DNA of 64,000 bases, from positions 1,472,001 to 1,536,000 of the forward strand of contig CAVZYA010000001.1 in assembly GCA_963779415.1 (NCBI GenBank), in the 5' to 3' direction. Shown one piece after another: positions 47,237 through 58,575 of the stretch. This stretch comes from an uncultured Acidobacteriota bacterium. GTDB taxonomy: Bacteria > Acidobacteriota > Thermoanaerobaculia > UBA5066. Positions within the stretch are counted from its first letter, which is position 1, and the number at the start of each line of letters is the position of its first letter. A model generated the notes under the pieces. That model was not told the DNA's origin and did no database searches. It was given only the letters and a program-made list of their open reading frames with translations. A program made the translations under genes and the position numbers.

Positions 47237-49392
47237 AACAGAGGCTCTCCGTCGAGCTTCTCGGGCGGCGGGACGCCGAGGGCCTTGAGGATCGTCGCCG
47301 GAACGTCGGCGATGGCGGCCGCATGGCCTGCCGGAAGCTTCCGGCTCGAGAAGAGGATTCCCGGGACGAGGTCCGGGTCGAGCGAGCAATGGTCGCCCGA
47401 CCAGACCTGCCGGTTGTCCTCGAACATCTCCTTGGTCACGACGCCGAGGCTGCTCTGCCAGCTCACCCGGTAGCCGCGTGTATTCGTCACGAAGAGGTCG
47501 GGGATGATGTCGGCGTCGAAGGCGCCGTAGGCCTCCTCGCGCGTGAAGACGCGCGAGACCGGGTGTTCGCCGCTCTTCGGGTCGACGACCGCGAGAAGTC
47601 CGTCGGCGATCTCCTTGCGTACCTTCTCGTACTCGGCGCCGGGCGCGACCGTCCCCTTCCCCTCGCGTCCCTTCAGGTTGATGTAGATCTCCCCGAGCCC
47701 CATCGAGTAGGCCTTCGTCCGCGACCAGTCGACGTTGGGCCAGAACTCCCCCTGTCCGAAGAGCTGCTCGAGGTCGGCCTGCTTCCCCTCCGCGCCCGTC
47801 AGGGCGAGGAAGCCGTGATCGACGAGCCACGTGTTGTAGTTTACCGACCGCCGCCACGTGGAGAAGCCGTGGTCGGAAAGGACGAGGAAGAGGTCGTCCG
47901 GACCGAGCCTCTTCATCGCGTCGCCCACGATGTCGTCCATCTTCTGGTAGGTCTCGAGGACCGCCGGGGCCCACCGGGCCGCCTCCGAAGCGTCGTAGGC
48001 GGGGTGCTTCGGGTCGAGGAAGCGCCAGAAGCAGTGCGCCACGCGGTCGGGGAACTCGTAGATCTGGACGAAGAGGTCGAGGTCCTTCTCGTCGAGAAAG
48101 CCGTCCATCATCTGGCGGAACTTGGCCTGGGTGAAGTCGACGTCCTCGAGAAAGGTCTTCTCGTCGATCGTCTGCTCGCTCATCGACCAGGTGTCGATCA
48201 GCCACCCCATCGTCTTGTAGAGGCCGTACGTCCTCACGAGCCGCTTCGAGAGGGACGCGGGCGCGGTGATCTTCACGGAGGGGGGGAGGTCGGCCGGATT
48301 GAAGTGGATCGGCGAGAGGTAGAGCTGGATCTCCGGCGCGAGGGTCGCGAGATGGAATCGGCCGATGCCGGTCATCTTCACGAGCGAATTGAAGGGAAAG
48401 GTGAAGACGACCCAGGGCGACCACTCCCCCGGCTTCAGCGTCACCGCTCCGGAGCCCTGGGGCTCGATCCGGAGCGCCGTGCCCCCCTCCTCCACCGTCA
48501 GCGTCATCGGAATCTTGATGACCGGCGGTTCCTTGAAGAGCTTGTTGTACGGGCCGAAGACCTCCGTCCGGATCGTCCCCGTGTTCGACTCGAGGCGGAT
48601 CAGCTCCACGGAGAACTCGTTCTTGTTCTTCGGCGCGAAGAACGGGTCCGACGTGTAGTAGCTCGGCGTCCCGATCCGCCCGCGGATGTCGGGGACGCCG
48701 AGGCCGGACATCAGGCGGCCGGCCGAAAAGTCGGCGGCCGGAAAGGTCACCGGCACGTGCATGACGACCGAGCGGATCCCCTGCTTCGCCGCGGCCTCCC
48801 AGAAGGGAACGCCGCGCCGGTTGTTCTTCACCGTGGGGATCTCCGTCGGAAGGAGCGCCGAGAGCCGGACCCCGAGAAAGCCCGCCCCGATCGCGGCCAC
48901 GAGCCCCCCCGCGAGCGCCACCTTCCCTCGCCGTCCCGGAAGGGCCTTCAGGAGCCCGCCGACGACCGCGAACGCGAGAAGACCGAGCAGGGCCGGCACC
49001 GCCACGCGGTTCCCTTTTCCGAGGAGAAACGGCTTCGTACCCTCCTCGGCGATGGCGAACTCCGGACGGTACGTCTTCGGATCCCGCTTGAGGAAGTCGA
49101 AGATCATCGTCCGCCCGGGGCAGAGCCCCGTCGAGAAGGTCGACCACGAGACGGGCGTCTGGGCCGGAATCGTCGGGCGGAGCTTCTCGAACGTCCCCTT
49201 CTCGGCCAGCTTCGCGAGGTTCGGAAGCTTCCCCTCGGCCATCCATTTCGACACCAGCTCGTAATCCGCGCCGTCGAAGCCGAGGACGACGACTCTTCCA
49301 TGCGGCGCGGCGGCCGCCCCCGACGCGGCGAGGAGGACGACGAGAAGGAGGACGCGGGCGCTCCGGGTGAAGAGCTGCGGTTTGATGTGCAC
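47233..49392 (-). CDS. Alkaline phosphatase superfamily (type I phosphodiesterase/nucleotide pyrophosphatase) protein
   Basis: LGFDGAD, QTPVSW-x-x-FSTG, DRVAH, SDHGF, VDWSRT, WSGDH; two internal TM helices. Confidence 0.88.
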   Translation of the reverse strand: MHIKPQLFTRSARVLLLVVLLAASGAAAAPHGRVVVLGFDGADYELVSKWMAEGKLPNLAKLAEKGTFEKLRPTIPAQTPVSWSTFSTGLCPGRTMIFDFLKRDPKTYRPEFAIAEEGTKPFLLGKGNRVAVPALLGLLAFAVVGGLLKALPGRRGKVALAGGLVAAIGAGFLGVRLSALLPTEIPTVKNNRRGVPFWEAAAKQGIRSVVMHVPVTFPAADFSAGRLMSGLGVPDIRGRIGTPSYYTSDPFFAPKNKNEFSVELIRLESNTGTIRTEVFGPYNKLFKEPPVIKIPMTLTVEEGGTALRIEPQGSGAVTLKPGEWSPWVVFTFPFNSLVKMTGIGRFHLATLAPEIQLYLSPIHFNPADLPPSVKITAPASLSKRLVRTYGLYKTMGWLIDTWSMSEQTIDEKTFLEDVDFTQAKFRQMMDGFLDEKDLDLFVQIYEFPDRVAHCFWRFLDPKHPAYDASEAARWAPAVLETYQKMDDIVGDAMKRLGPDDLFLVLSDHGFSTWRRSVNYNTWLVDHGFLALTGAEGKQADLEQLFGQGEFWPNVDWSRTKAYSMGLGEIYINLKGREGKGTVAPGAEYEKVRKEIADGLLAVVDPKSGEHPVSRVFTREEAYGAFDADIIPDLFVTNTRGYRVSWQSSLGVVTKEMFEDNRQVWSGDHCSLDPDLVPGILFSSRKLPAGHAAAIADVPATILKALGVPPPEKLDGEPLF

Positions 49393-49531
49393 GCGGAATT
49401 CTAGCCTCTGGCATCTCGCGGGACTCTCGATCGCCGTCCACGCGGCGGGTCTCGCCGATGTCGAGACGATCGACCTCTTCGGCGACCTCACCTTTCTGAA
49501 GAACGTCGGGAGGAAGTGAGCGGAGCGGGCG

Positions 49532-50371
49532 TCACTTCCGCTGCAGCGCCCCATGGACCGTCCGGGCGGCGACGGCGGAAAGGACGATGGCGCCGCCGAG
49601 GGCGGCCCACGCCGTGGGGCGCTCGCCGATCCCGATGAGGACCCAGATCGGCGAGAGGACCGGCTCGAGCATCGAGAGAAGCGACGCCTCGGCCGCCGGC
49701 ACGACGCTGAGGCCCTTCACGTAGAGGAGGTAGCTGATTCCCATCTGGACGACGCCGAGGAAGACGACGAGAGCCGCCCCTTTCGCGTCGAGCGCGAGGT
49801 TCCCCCACGAGAACGGCAGGGCGAAGAGCGCGGCGAGGAGGTTCCCGAGGAGGACCGACGCCATGGCGTCCCGGGACGTGTCGCGCCGGAGGAAGAGGAT
49901 GACCCCCCCGAAGAAGAGGCCGGAGAAGACCGCGACGACGTTTCCGGCCAGCGCCCCCGCCTCGAGCCTGCCGACGAAAAAGAGCGTCATCCCTAGGAGC
50001 GACACGACGAGCGTCACGAGGTCGGCCCGGCGGAACGGCTCCTTGAGAAGGATCGGCGCGAAGAGGAGGACATAGACCGGCGCGGTGTACTGGAGAAAGA
50101 TCGCGTTGGCGGCCGTCGTCATCTTCGTCGCCGAGATGAAGCTCAGGATCATCGCGGCGTAGATGAGGGCCGTCGTCCACGAGGCACGCCGCCACCGGTC
50201 CATGCCGGGCCGGAGGACGACGATCAGAAAGAGCGCCGTCAGAAGAGAGCGCCAGAAGGCGACGCCGACGGCCGGCAGCGGGACGAGCTTGATGGCGAGA
50301 CCGCCGGTCGACCAGAGGAGCGCGGCGGCCGTGATCAGGAGACGGCCCTTTCGGGGCGTGACCGGGTTCAA
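49532..50371 (-). CDS. EamA/DMT family transporter
   Basis: TTGA overlap start; LWSTGG, TTAANAIFLQYTAP, LEPVLSPIWV, GERP. Confidence 0.88.
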   Translation of the reverse strand: MNPVTPRKGRLLITAAALLWSTGGLAIKLVPLPAVGVAFWRSLLTALFLIVVLRPGMDRWRRASWTTALIYAAMILSFISATKMTTAANAIFLQYTAPVYVLLFAPILLKEPFRRADLVTLVVSLLGMTLFFVGRLEAGALAGNVVAVFSGLFFGGVILFLRRDTSRDAMASVLLGNLLAALFALPFSWGNLALDAKGAALVVFLGVVQMGISYLLYVKGLSVVPAAEASLLSMLEPVLSPIWVLIGIGERPTAWAALGGAIVLSAVAARTVHGALQRK

Positions 50372-51495
50372 GCTCCGGGGATTCTGCGCCGGATCGCCGC
50401 GATCGAGACGTCGTCTTCCGGCGGCTCGATGCCGAGGAACCGCCGGAGCTCCTCCGAGAGCGCCGCGACGAGGAGCGACGGGGTCGCGAAGGCCCTCGAC
50501 GCGACCGCTTCCGCCCGCGGGTCGCCGAACTCCTCGCCGGAAGCGCTCCGCGCTTCGGGAAGGCCGTCGGAATAGAAGAGAAGCATCTCTCCGGTACCGA
50601 GCGCCCCCTCGAACGTCTTCCACTCCCCCTTCTCGCGGACGCCAAAGGGGTAGGCACCCGTCCCGATCCGCTCGGCGACCCGCCCGTCCGGGCCGAGGCG
50701 GAGAACCGGCGGATGCCCCGCCACGACAGCGGACCAGCCCCCTTCGGGCGAGAGGAGCATGACGATTCCCGCGAAGAAGGCACGCCCGCCTGAGGTCCGG
50801 CAGGCGCCGGTCCGGCAGAGCACCCGGTTCAGGGCGAAGGCAACGGCTGCGGGCGACGGGTCGCTCTCGATCTGCGTCCGGAAGGCCGACTGCGTGACGG
50901 CCATCAGGAGCCCGGCGGCCATTCCATGCCCCGAGGCGTCCCCGAAGAGGACGACGAGGCGGCCGTCCGGGAGGGGGACGAAGTCGTACAGGTCCCCGCC
51001 GACGGTGTTGGCGACGCGGTTGAAGCCCGCCAGCTCCCAGTGCGGCGTCTCCGGAAGGGCCTCGGGGACGAGATCGGCTTGCAGGTCGCGTGCCATCAGG
51101 AGCTCGTCCCGGAAGTGGAGCTTGTCGACCAGCTCGAGAGCGACGAGGACGATGAGGAGGATCACCGCGAGGAAGACGAGCCCGAACCCGCGGCTCGCGT
51201 CCGTGACCCGGTCCGGCGGGGCCACGACCCCGAGAAGGGCGAGGAGGAGTGCAAGGGTGAAGAGGATCCGACGGGCGGGAGTCAGCCTCCGGACCATTCC
51301 GTAAAGGAGGGCGTTCGCCCTCTTCAGCCCGCGCCGGAACCTTCGCGGCTCGGCGTCGATCTCGTCCCGGTGCTCCGCGAGAAAAACGCGGACCGCCTTC
51401 CGCCACTCGACGTCGTAGAGACCCTGGACGTCGCGCGCCTCGACGCCCCGGGCCGTCTCCCGGACCAGGGCCTTCCAATCCGAGCGGCTCGGCAT
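50368..51495 (-). CDS. Membrane PP2C/SpoIIE (RsbU-like) phosphatase
   Basis: Two TMs; ARDLQ, VGGDLYD, GDASGHG, AGHPP, YSDGLPEA, EDDVS. Confidence 0.9.
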   Translation of the reverse strand: MPSRSDWKALVRETARGVEARDVQGLYDVEWRKAVRVFLAEHRDEIDAEPRRFRRGLKRANALLYGMVRRLTPARRILFTLALLLALLGVVAPPDRVTDASRGFGLVFLAVILLIVLVALELVDKLHFRDELLMARDLQADLVPEALPETPHWELAGFNRVANTVGGDLYDFVPLPDGRLVVLFGDASGHGMAAGLLMAVTQSAFRTQIESDPSPAAVAFALNRVLCRTGACRTSGGRAFFAGIVMLLSPEGGWSAVVAGHPPVLRLGPDGRVAERIGTGAYPFGVREKGEWKTFEGALGTGEMLLFYSDGLPEARSASGEEFGDPRAEAVASRAFATPSLLVAALSEELRRFLGIEPPEDDVSIAAIRRRIPGA

Positions 51496-51537
51496 ACGTT
51501 CTCTTGTACGCGCCCGGCGGGCGCGAGTTTCCGCGCC

Positions 51538-52173
51538 TCAGCCGGCCGGAGTCGGCGGAAGGAGCGGCAGAAGCTCCGCGAGCGAATCGATCCGTGCCCC
51601 GTCTCCGTACCGGTAGCCGACGAACGGGACGGGAGCCCGGAGGGCGGCCTCGGCGTCGTAGCGGGAGTCGCCGACGAAGAGCGACTCGGCGAGCGGAACC
51701 CCGAGGCGGGAGGCCGCGAGGTGGAGAAGGGCCGGATCGGGCTTTCCCGCCCCCGCCTCGTCCGCCGCGGCGACGTCGTCGACGAGCGGGAGAAGGCCGG
51801 CTCCCGCGAGAATCCTTCCCGCGAGGGGGCGCGTCGTGTTCGTGGCCACACACGTCGAGACGCCGCGCGCGCGCGCCTCGGCCAGAAGCGCCGGCGCCTC
51901 CGCGTTCGGCCGGATCCGGTCGAGGCGCCTCTCGAAGAAGCGGGCATAGGCGACGTTGATCTCCTCGACGGTCCGCTCGGGCATGTACATCGCCCGGTCC
52001 GCTTCCGTCCCGTTGCCGTAGATCTCCTCGAAAGCCTCCCGCGGGATCGCGGGATGGCCGAAGAATCCGAGCGTCTCGTTGTAGACGGCGTACCAGGCGT
52101 CCTCGGAGAAGACGAGGACCCCGTCCATGTCGAGGAGAAGGGCCCGTACGGTCACCGCTGGCGATCTTGACAT
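51538..52173 (-). CDS. HAD family hydrolase (phosphoglycolate phosphatase-like)
   Basis: DMDGVL, ATN, KPDP, VGDS-x-x-D. Confidence 0.9.
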   Translation of the reverse strand: MSRSPAVTVRALLLDMDGVLVFSEDAWYAVYNETLGFFGHPAIPREAFEEIYGNGTEADRAMYMPERTVEEINVAYARFFERRLDRIRPNAEAPALLAEARARGVSTCVATNTTRPLAGRILAGAGLLPLVDDVAAADEAGAGKPDPALLHLAASRLGVPLAESLFVGDSRYDAEAALRAPVPFVGYRYGDGARIDSLAELLPLLPPTPAG

Positions 52174-52196
52174 GGCCGGGTGAGAATCCGCCCCCC

Positions 52197-53591
52197 ATGG
52201 AGAAGCTCGATCTCCTCGTCGTCGGAACGGGGCCCGGCGGCCAGCGCGCCGCCGTCCAGGCCGCCAAGCTCGGAAAGAACGTCGCCATCTGCGAGCGCCG
52301 GGAGGTGGTCGGCGGCGTCTGCACGAACACGGGCACGATCCCCTCGAAGACCTTCCGCGAGGCCGTCCTCCACCTTTCCGGCATCGCCCAGCGGGGGATG
52401 TACGGCGCCTCGTACACCGTCAAGGAGAAAATCACCGCCGGGGATCTTCTCTTCCGCTGCAACGTCGTGATCCAGAGGGAGATCGAGAACATCCGCCTGC
52501 AGATGAGGCGCAACGGCGTCTCCGTCCTGACCGGGACGGCGTCCTTCGTCGATCCGCACCGCCTCGCCGTCACGAGCCGGGCCGGCACGGCGGAGGTCGA
52601 GGCGGAGAAGATCGTCATCGCGACCGGCTCCACCCCGGCGCGCCCGGAAGGGATCGAGGTGGACGGAGCCACGGTCCTCGACTCCGACGGGATCCTCCAC
52701 CTCACGGCGCTGCCGAGGACCTTGACGGTCGTCGGCGCCGGCGTCATCGGGACCGAGTACGCGACGATGTTCGCGGTTCTCGGGATCGACGTCACCCTCG
52801 TCGACAGGCGGCCGCGCCTCCTCGAGTTCGTGGACGGCGAGATCTCCGAGGCCCTCCAGTTCCTCATGCGGCAGTGGAACGTCACCCTGCGCCTCGGGGA
52901 AGAGGTCGCGACCGTGGCCATCGAGAGGCCGGGGCGCGCCGTCGCCCGCCTGAGGTCCGGCAAGCAGATCGACTCGGAGATGCTCCTCTTCTCGATCGGC
53001 CGGCAGGGGGCGACGGCGGAGCTGAACCTCGCCGCCGCCGGCCTCGCGGCCGACGCGCGCGGCCGGCTCCGGGTGAACGAGCGTTACGAGACGGAGGCTC
53101 CCCATATCTACGCCGTCGGCGACGTCATCGGCTTCCCCGCCCTCGCCTCCACGTCGCAGGAGCAGGGACGCCTCGCGGCCTGCCACGCCTTCGGAGTCCC
53201 GGCGTCTTCGATCCCCGCGCTCTTTCCGCTCGGCATCTACTCGATCCCCGAGATCTCGATGGTCGGAAAAACGGAGGAGGAGCTGACGAAGGAAGGGGTC
53301 CCGTACGAGTCGGGGGTCGCGCACTTCCGCGAGACCGCGCGCGGCGCCATCGTCGGGGACGTCTCGGGGTTCCTGAAGCTCCTCTTCCACCGTGAGACGC
53401 GGAAGCTCCTCGGGGTCCACATCCTCGGGACGAGCGCGACGGAGCTGGTCCACGTGGGGCAGGCCGTCATGGCCCTCGGCGGAACTCTCGACTACTTCGT
53501 CGAGACCGTCTTCAACTACCCGACCTTCGCGGAAAGCTACAAAGTCGCCGCGCTCGACGCCTGGAACAAGCTCGGTCCGAAGCCCGCCTGA
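52197..53591 (+). CDS. sthA: Soluble (Si-specific) pyridine nucleotide transhydrogenase
   Basis: GTGPGG, GGVCTNTGTIPSK (CxxxxT in place of the redox disulfide), GAGVIGTEYA, GDVIGFPALAS, FNYPTFAESYKVAA. Confidence 0.92.
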   Translation: MEKLDLLVVGTGPGGQRAAVQAAKLGKNVAICERREVVGGVCTNTGTIPSKTFREAVLHLSGIAQRGMYGASYTVKEKITAGDLLFRCNVVIQREIENIRLQMRRNGVSVLTGTASFVDPHRLAVTSRAGTAEVEAEKIVIATGSTPARPEGIEVDGATVLDSDGILHLTALPRTLTVVGAGVIGTEYATMFAVLGIDVTLVDRRPRLLEFVDGEISEALQFLMRQWNVTLRLGEEVATVAIERPGRAVARLRSGKQIDSEMLLFSIGRQGATAELNLAAAGLAADARGRLRVNERYETEAPHIYAVGDVIGFPALASTSQEQGRLAACHAFGVPASSIPALFPLGIYSIPEISMVGKTEEELTKEGVPYESGVAHFRETARGAIVGDVSGFLKLLFHRETRKLLGVHILGTSATELVHVGQAVMALGGTLDYFVETVFNYPTFAESYKVAALDAWNKLGPKPA

Positions 53592-53668
53592 AGTCCCGGG
53601 GAGTCCGTTGTGCGAAACTCGCGTGCGCCGGCAGGTGATTCCGCGCTCCGGCGCCACCTGGAGGGAAA

Positions 53669-54586
53669 TTGGAGACTGTGTGGGGCGTCCGGGATGAGGG
53701 CCTCCTGCGCGAGATCCTCGAGACCGTCGGGGACGGCGTCTACTTCGTCGACCGCGGCCGCCGGATCCTCTGGTGGAACCGCGGCGCCGAGCGAATCGCC
53801 GGTTTCACGCGGGGCGAGATCGTCCAGAGTCTCTGCTACGAAGACAAACTCCGCCACGTGGACGCCCGGGGAACACCCCTTTGTGTCAGCCACTGTCCGC
53901 TGGTCCACTCCATGGAGGAGGGCGTCCCACACACCAATCGGGTCTTCCTCCACCACAAGAGCGGGCACCGCGTGCCCGTCGAGGTCCACGTCTTTCCGCT
54001 TCGAAACGCGGAGGGATCCATCGTCGGCGCCGTCGAGGTCTTCCGAGACCTTTCGGTGCAGGAGGGGTCCGCGACGGACGAGGAGCTGCGGCGGATGGCC
54101 CTTCTGGATCCACTCACGGAACTCGCGAACCGCCGGTACGCCGAGATCAGCCTCGGCAGCCGGCTCAGCGAGATGAACCGTTACGGATCGACTCTTGGCG
54201 TTCTCTTCGTCGACATCGACCGCTTCAAGGAAATCAACGACCGGCACGGCCACGTCGTGGGCGACGACGCGCTCCGGATGGTCGCCCGCACGCTCCGGAA
54301 CACGGCCCGCGCCTCGGACACCGTCGGGCGCTGGGGCGGCGAGGAGTTCATCGTGCTTCTGCCCAACGCGAGCCACGTGGAGCTGACGGCGGCGGCCGAA
54401 CGGTTTCGGGCGCTGATCGAGAGCTCCGGATTGCGCCTTCCGTCGGGTCTCCTGAACGTCACCGCCTCGATCGGCGCCACGCTCGCCCGCCCGGAGGAGA
54501 CGCCGGAAGGCGTCGTTCATCGCGCCGACGCCCTCATGTATCAGGCCAAGCGGGAGGGTCGGAACCGCGTGGTCGTCGCCGTCTGA
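53669..54586 (+). CDS. PAS-GGDEF diguanylate cyclase
   Basis: PAS (WNRGAERIAG), DPLT...NRR, DIDRFK, RASD I-site, GGEEF, AD-x-x-MY-x-AK. Confidence 0.93.
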   Translation: METVWGVRDEGLLREILETVGDGVYFVDRGRRILWWNRGAERIAGFTRGEIVQSLCYEDKLRHVDARGTPLCVSHCPLVHSMEEGVPHTNRVFLHHKSGHRVPVEVHVFPLRNAEGSIVGAVEVFRDLSVQEGSATDEELRRMALLDPLTELANRRYAEISLGSRLSEMNRYGSTLGVLFVDIDRFKEINDRHGHVVGDDALRMVARTLRNTARASDTVGRWGGEEFIVLLPNASHVELTAAAERFRALIESSGLRLPSGLLNVTASIGATLARPEETPEGVVHRADALMYQAKREGRNRVVVAV

Positions 54587-54608
54587 GGGCGGGGAAGGCG
54601 GCCCGGGG

Positions 54609-56249
<1,641 letters not shown>

Positions 56250-56498
56250 GGTGCGGTCACTTTTTGCGAGTCGGCCCGAGATGTCAAGAGTCTGTTCGTC
56301 CGGCGTCCTCGCCGGCCTGGAATCGCGCGGCCTCGTCATGGAGGAGCAGCGGCGCCACGAGGAAGACGAGATCCGGAGACATTGAGTCCGATTCTCAAAA
56401 TCCCGTTGAGGAAAGCCGCCTCGCGGGGGTAGACTCTTCAACGTGCCGGATCGCGGAGGAGCCGCGCCGACGACGAGTTTCTCGAAGGGAGATCAAAG

Positions 56499-56831
56499 AT
56501 GAAAATGAAGTCGAAGCTGTTCGTCGCCATCGCTCTCGTGGCCGCTCTCGGGCTCGCCTCCGCGGCTTTCGCCGCGGACGTGACGCTCACCGGGAATGTC
56601 GCCTGCGCCAAATGCACCCTGAAGAAGGCCGACGCCAAGGAGTGCCAGGACGTTCTCGTCGTCGCCGGAGCGAACGGCGCCACGACCGAGTACTACATCG
56701 TCAAGAACGCCGTCCTGAAGGATTTCGGCCACACGTGCACGGGCGAGAAGGCGGTCACGGTCACCGGCACCGTCTCCGAGAAGGACGGGAAGAAGTGGAT
56801 CACCCCGTCCAGGATGAACGCCAAGAGCTGA
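56499..56831 (+). CDS. Small secreted Cys-containing OB-fold-like protein (DUF6370-like)
   Basis: AAGGGAG SD; signal peptide AFA/AD; CAKC, C, HTC; VTVTGTV-x-EKDGKKWI. Confidence 0.7.
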   Translation: MKMKSKLFVAIALVAALGLASAAFAADVTLTGNVACAKCTLKKADAKECQDVLVVAGANGATTEYYIVKNAVLKDFGHTCTGEKAVTVTGTVSEKDGKKWITPSRMNAKS

Positions 56832-56834
56832 CGA

Positions 56835-58352
56835 TCAGACCGTCCGCATGCTCCCCGTCCGGAGGAGGTTCCGGTGCCAGCCGAAGGCCTCCTCGAGGAG
56901 GTGCGGGGTGTGCTTGCCGGGAGAGGTGAGAAGAGCGCGGCGGAAGTAGTCCCGGAGCGCCGGCCGGTAGTCGGGGTGGGCGCAGTTTTCGATGATCCGC
57001 TCGGCCCGCTGCTTGGGCGCGAGGCCCCGGAGATCCGCGAGGCCCTGCTCGGTCACGATGACGTGGACGTCGTGCTCCGTGTGGTCGACGTGGGTGACCA
57101 TCGGAATGATGCAGGAGACCGTCCCCTTCTTGGCCGTCGAGGGGGTCATGAAGAAGGAGATGTAGGCGTTCCGGGCGAAGTCGCCGGAGCCCCCGATCCC
57201 GTTCATGATCGCGGTCCCGTTCACGTGGGTCGAGTTGACGTTCCCGTAGATGTCGGCCTCGATCATCCCGTTCATGGAAAGGCAGCCGAGTCGCCGGATC
57301 AGCTCGGGGTGGTTCGAGATCTCCTGCGGGCGGAGGATGATGGCGCTCCGGTACCGGTCCATCTGCGCGCTGAGCTCGTCGTTCTTCTGCGGGCTGAGCG
57401 AGAAGGCCGTGGCCGAGGCGACGAGCATCTTCCCGGAGCGGATCAGCTCCAGCATCCCGTCCTGAAGCACCTCCGTATAGGAGGTCAGGTGGTCGAACGG
57501 CCCTTCCTGGAGGCCGAAGAGGACGGCGTTCGCGATGTTCCCGACGCCGGACTGGATCGGCAGCAGCTCGTGCGGAAGGCGCCCCTTCTTCACCTCGCTC
57601 CCGAGGAACTCCAGGATGTGGCCGGCGATCCGCCGCGACGCGTCGTCCGGAAGCGCGAACGGCGTGTTCCGGTCGGGCGCGTTGGTCTCGACGATGGCGA
57701 CGATCTTCTCCTGCGGGCAGTGGAAGTACGGCGTCCCGATCCGGTCCGACGGGTGGATGAGCGGGATCGGCCTCCGGTGGGGCGGGAGCGCGAACCCCTC
57801 GTAGATGTCGTGCATCCCCTCGAGCTTCTCGGACTGCGCGGAGTTGACCTCCAGGATCACCTTGTCGGCGTAGTCGAGCCAGACCTTGTTGTTGCCGACC
57901 GAGGACGACGGGATCAGGTCGCCGTTCGGAAGGATCCCCGTCACCTCGACGACCGCGAGGTCGAGCTTGCCGAGAAAGCCGGAGCGGACGAAGGCCCCGA
58001 CGTGGGAGAGGTGGATGTCGATGTACTCCATCTCTCCCGCGTTGATCTTCTTCCGGCAGACCGGGTCCGACTGGTACGGAAGCCGGAGCTCGACGCCGTC
58101 CACCATCGCGAGGGCGCCGTCCAGCTCGGGGGCCGTGGACGCTCCCGTCCAGATGCTGATCCGGAACTTCTCGCCGCGCAGGTTGGCGTCCATGATCCGC
58201 TTGGCCAGCGCCAGCGGAACCGCCTTCGGGTATCCGGCGCCCGTGAAACCGCTCATCCCGACGGTGACCCCCGCCGGGATCAGGGCCGCGGCTTCCTCGG
58301 CCGTCACGACCTTGTCGAGCAGGGCCTTGTTCAGAATCCGTGCGCCATCCAT
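56835..58352 (-). CDS. Acetyl-CoA hydrolase / succinyl-CoA:acetate CoA-transferase (AarC/Ach1 family)
   Basis: SGFTGAGYPK, TGAS, DIHLS, QSGVGNIANAV, YTEVLQD, NGIGGSGDF, HVDHTEHD. Confidence 0.93.
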   Translation of the reverse strand: MDGARILNKALLDKVVTAEEAAALIPAGVTVGMSGFTGAGYPKAVPLALAKRIMDANLRGEKFRISIWTGASTAPELDGALAMVDGVELRLPYQSDPVCRKKINAGEMEYIDIHLSHVGAFVRSGFLGKLDLAVVEVTGILPNGDLIPSSSVGNNKVWLDYADKVILEVNSAQSEKLEGMHDIYEGFALPPHRRPIPLIHPSDRIGTPYFHCPQEKIVAIVETNAPDRNTPFALPDDASRRIAGHILEFLGSEVKKGRLPHELLPIQSGVGNIANAVLFGLQEGPFDHLTSYTEVLQDGMLELIRSGKMLVASATAFSLSPQKNDELSAQMDRYRSAIILRPQEISNHPELIRRLGCLSMNGMIEADIYGNVNSTHVNGTAIMNGIGGSGDFARNAYISFFMTPSTAKKGTVSCIIPMVTHVDHTEHDVHVIVTEQGLADLRGLAPKQRAERIIENCAHPDYRPALRDYFRRALLTSPGKHTPHLLEEAFGWHRNLLRTGSMRTV

Positions 58353-58537
58353 CGCTCTTCTCCCTTCCGTCTCCCCGGGACCGCGGGGGCTGGAGGCGGA
58401 GCTTACGTCCCTCGGGGAGAAACCGTGCCGGCTGAAACGACGAGGCGCGCGGACCGTGGGATCGGGTGGACGTTTCAGCAGACCTGGCCCCGGCTTTTGG
58501 AAATGGGATCGAGCCTTCCTCACTTGAAGGTACGATT

Positions 58538-58570
58538 GCCTGTCTGAATTCGACCCCCGAAAAGGTACTT
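58538..58570 (+). promoter_or_regulatory. Putative ECF promoter, copy 1 (upstream of the sigma gene)
   Basis: GCCTGTCTGAA (58538-58548)...ACCCCCG...ACTT (58567-58570), 5 nt before the ATG; repeated at 60519-60551. Confidence 0.65.
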
Positions 58571-58575
58571 AGTTC

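Noticed and set aside
56300-56385. Short coding-like stretch VLAGLESRGLVMEEQRRHEEDEIRRH* in the aceB intergenic region
   Set aside because: Too short, with no SD or recognisable family; cannot be told apart from a remnant or noise.
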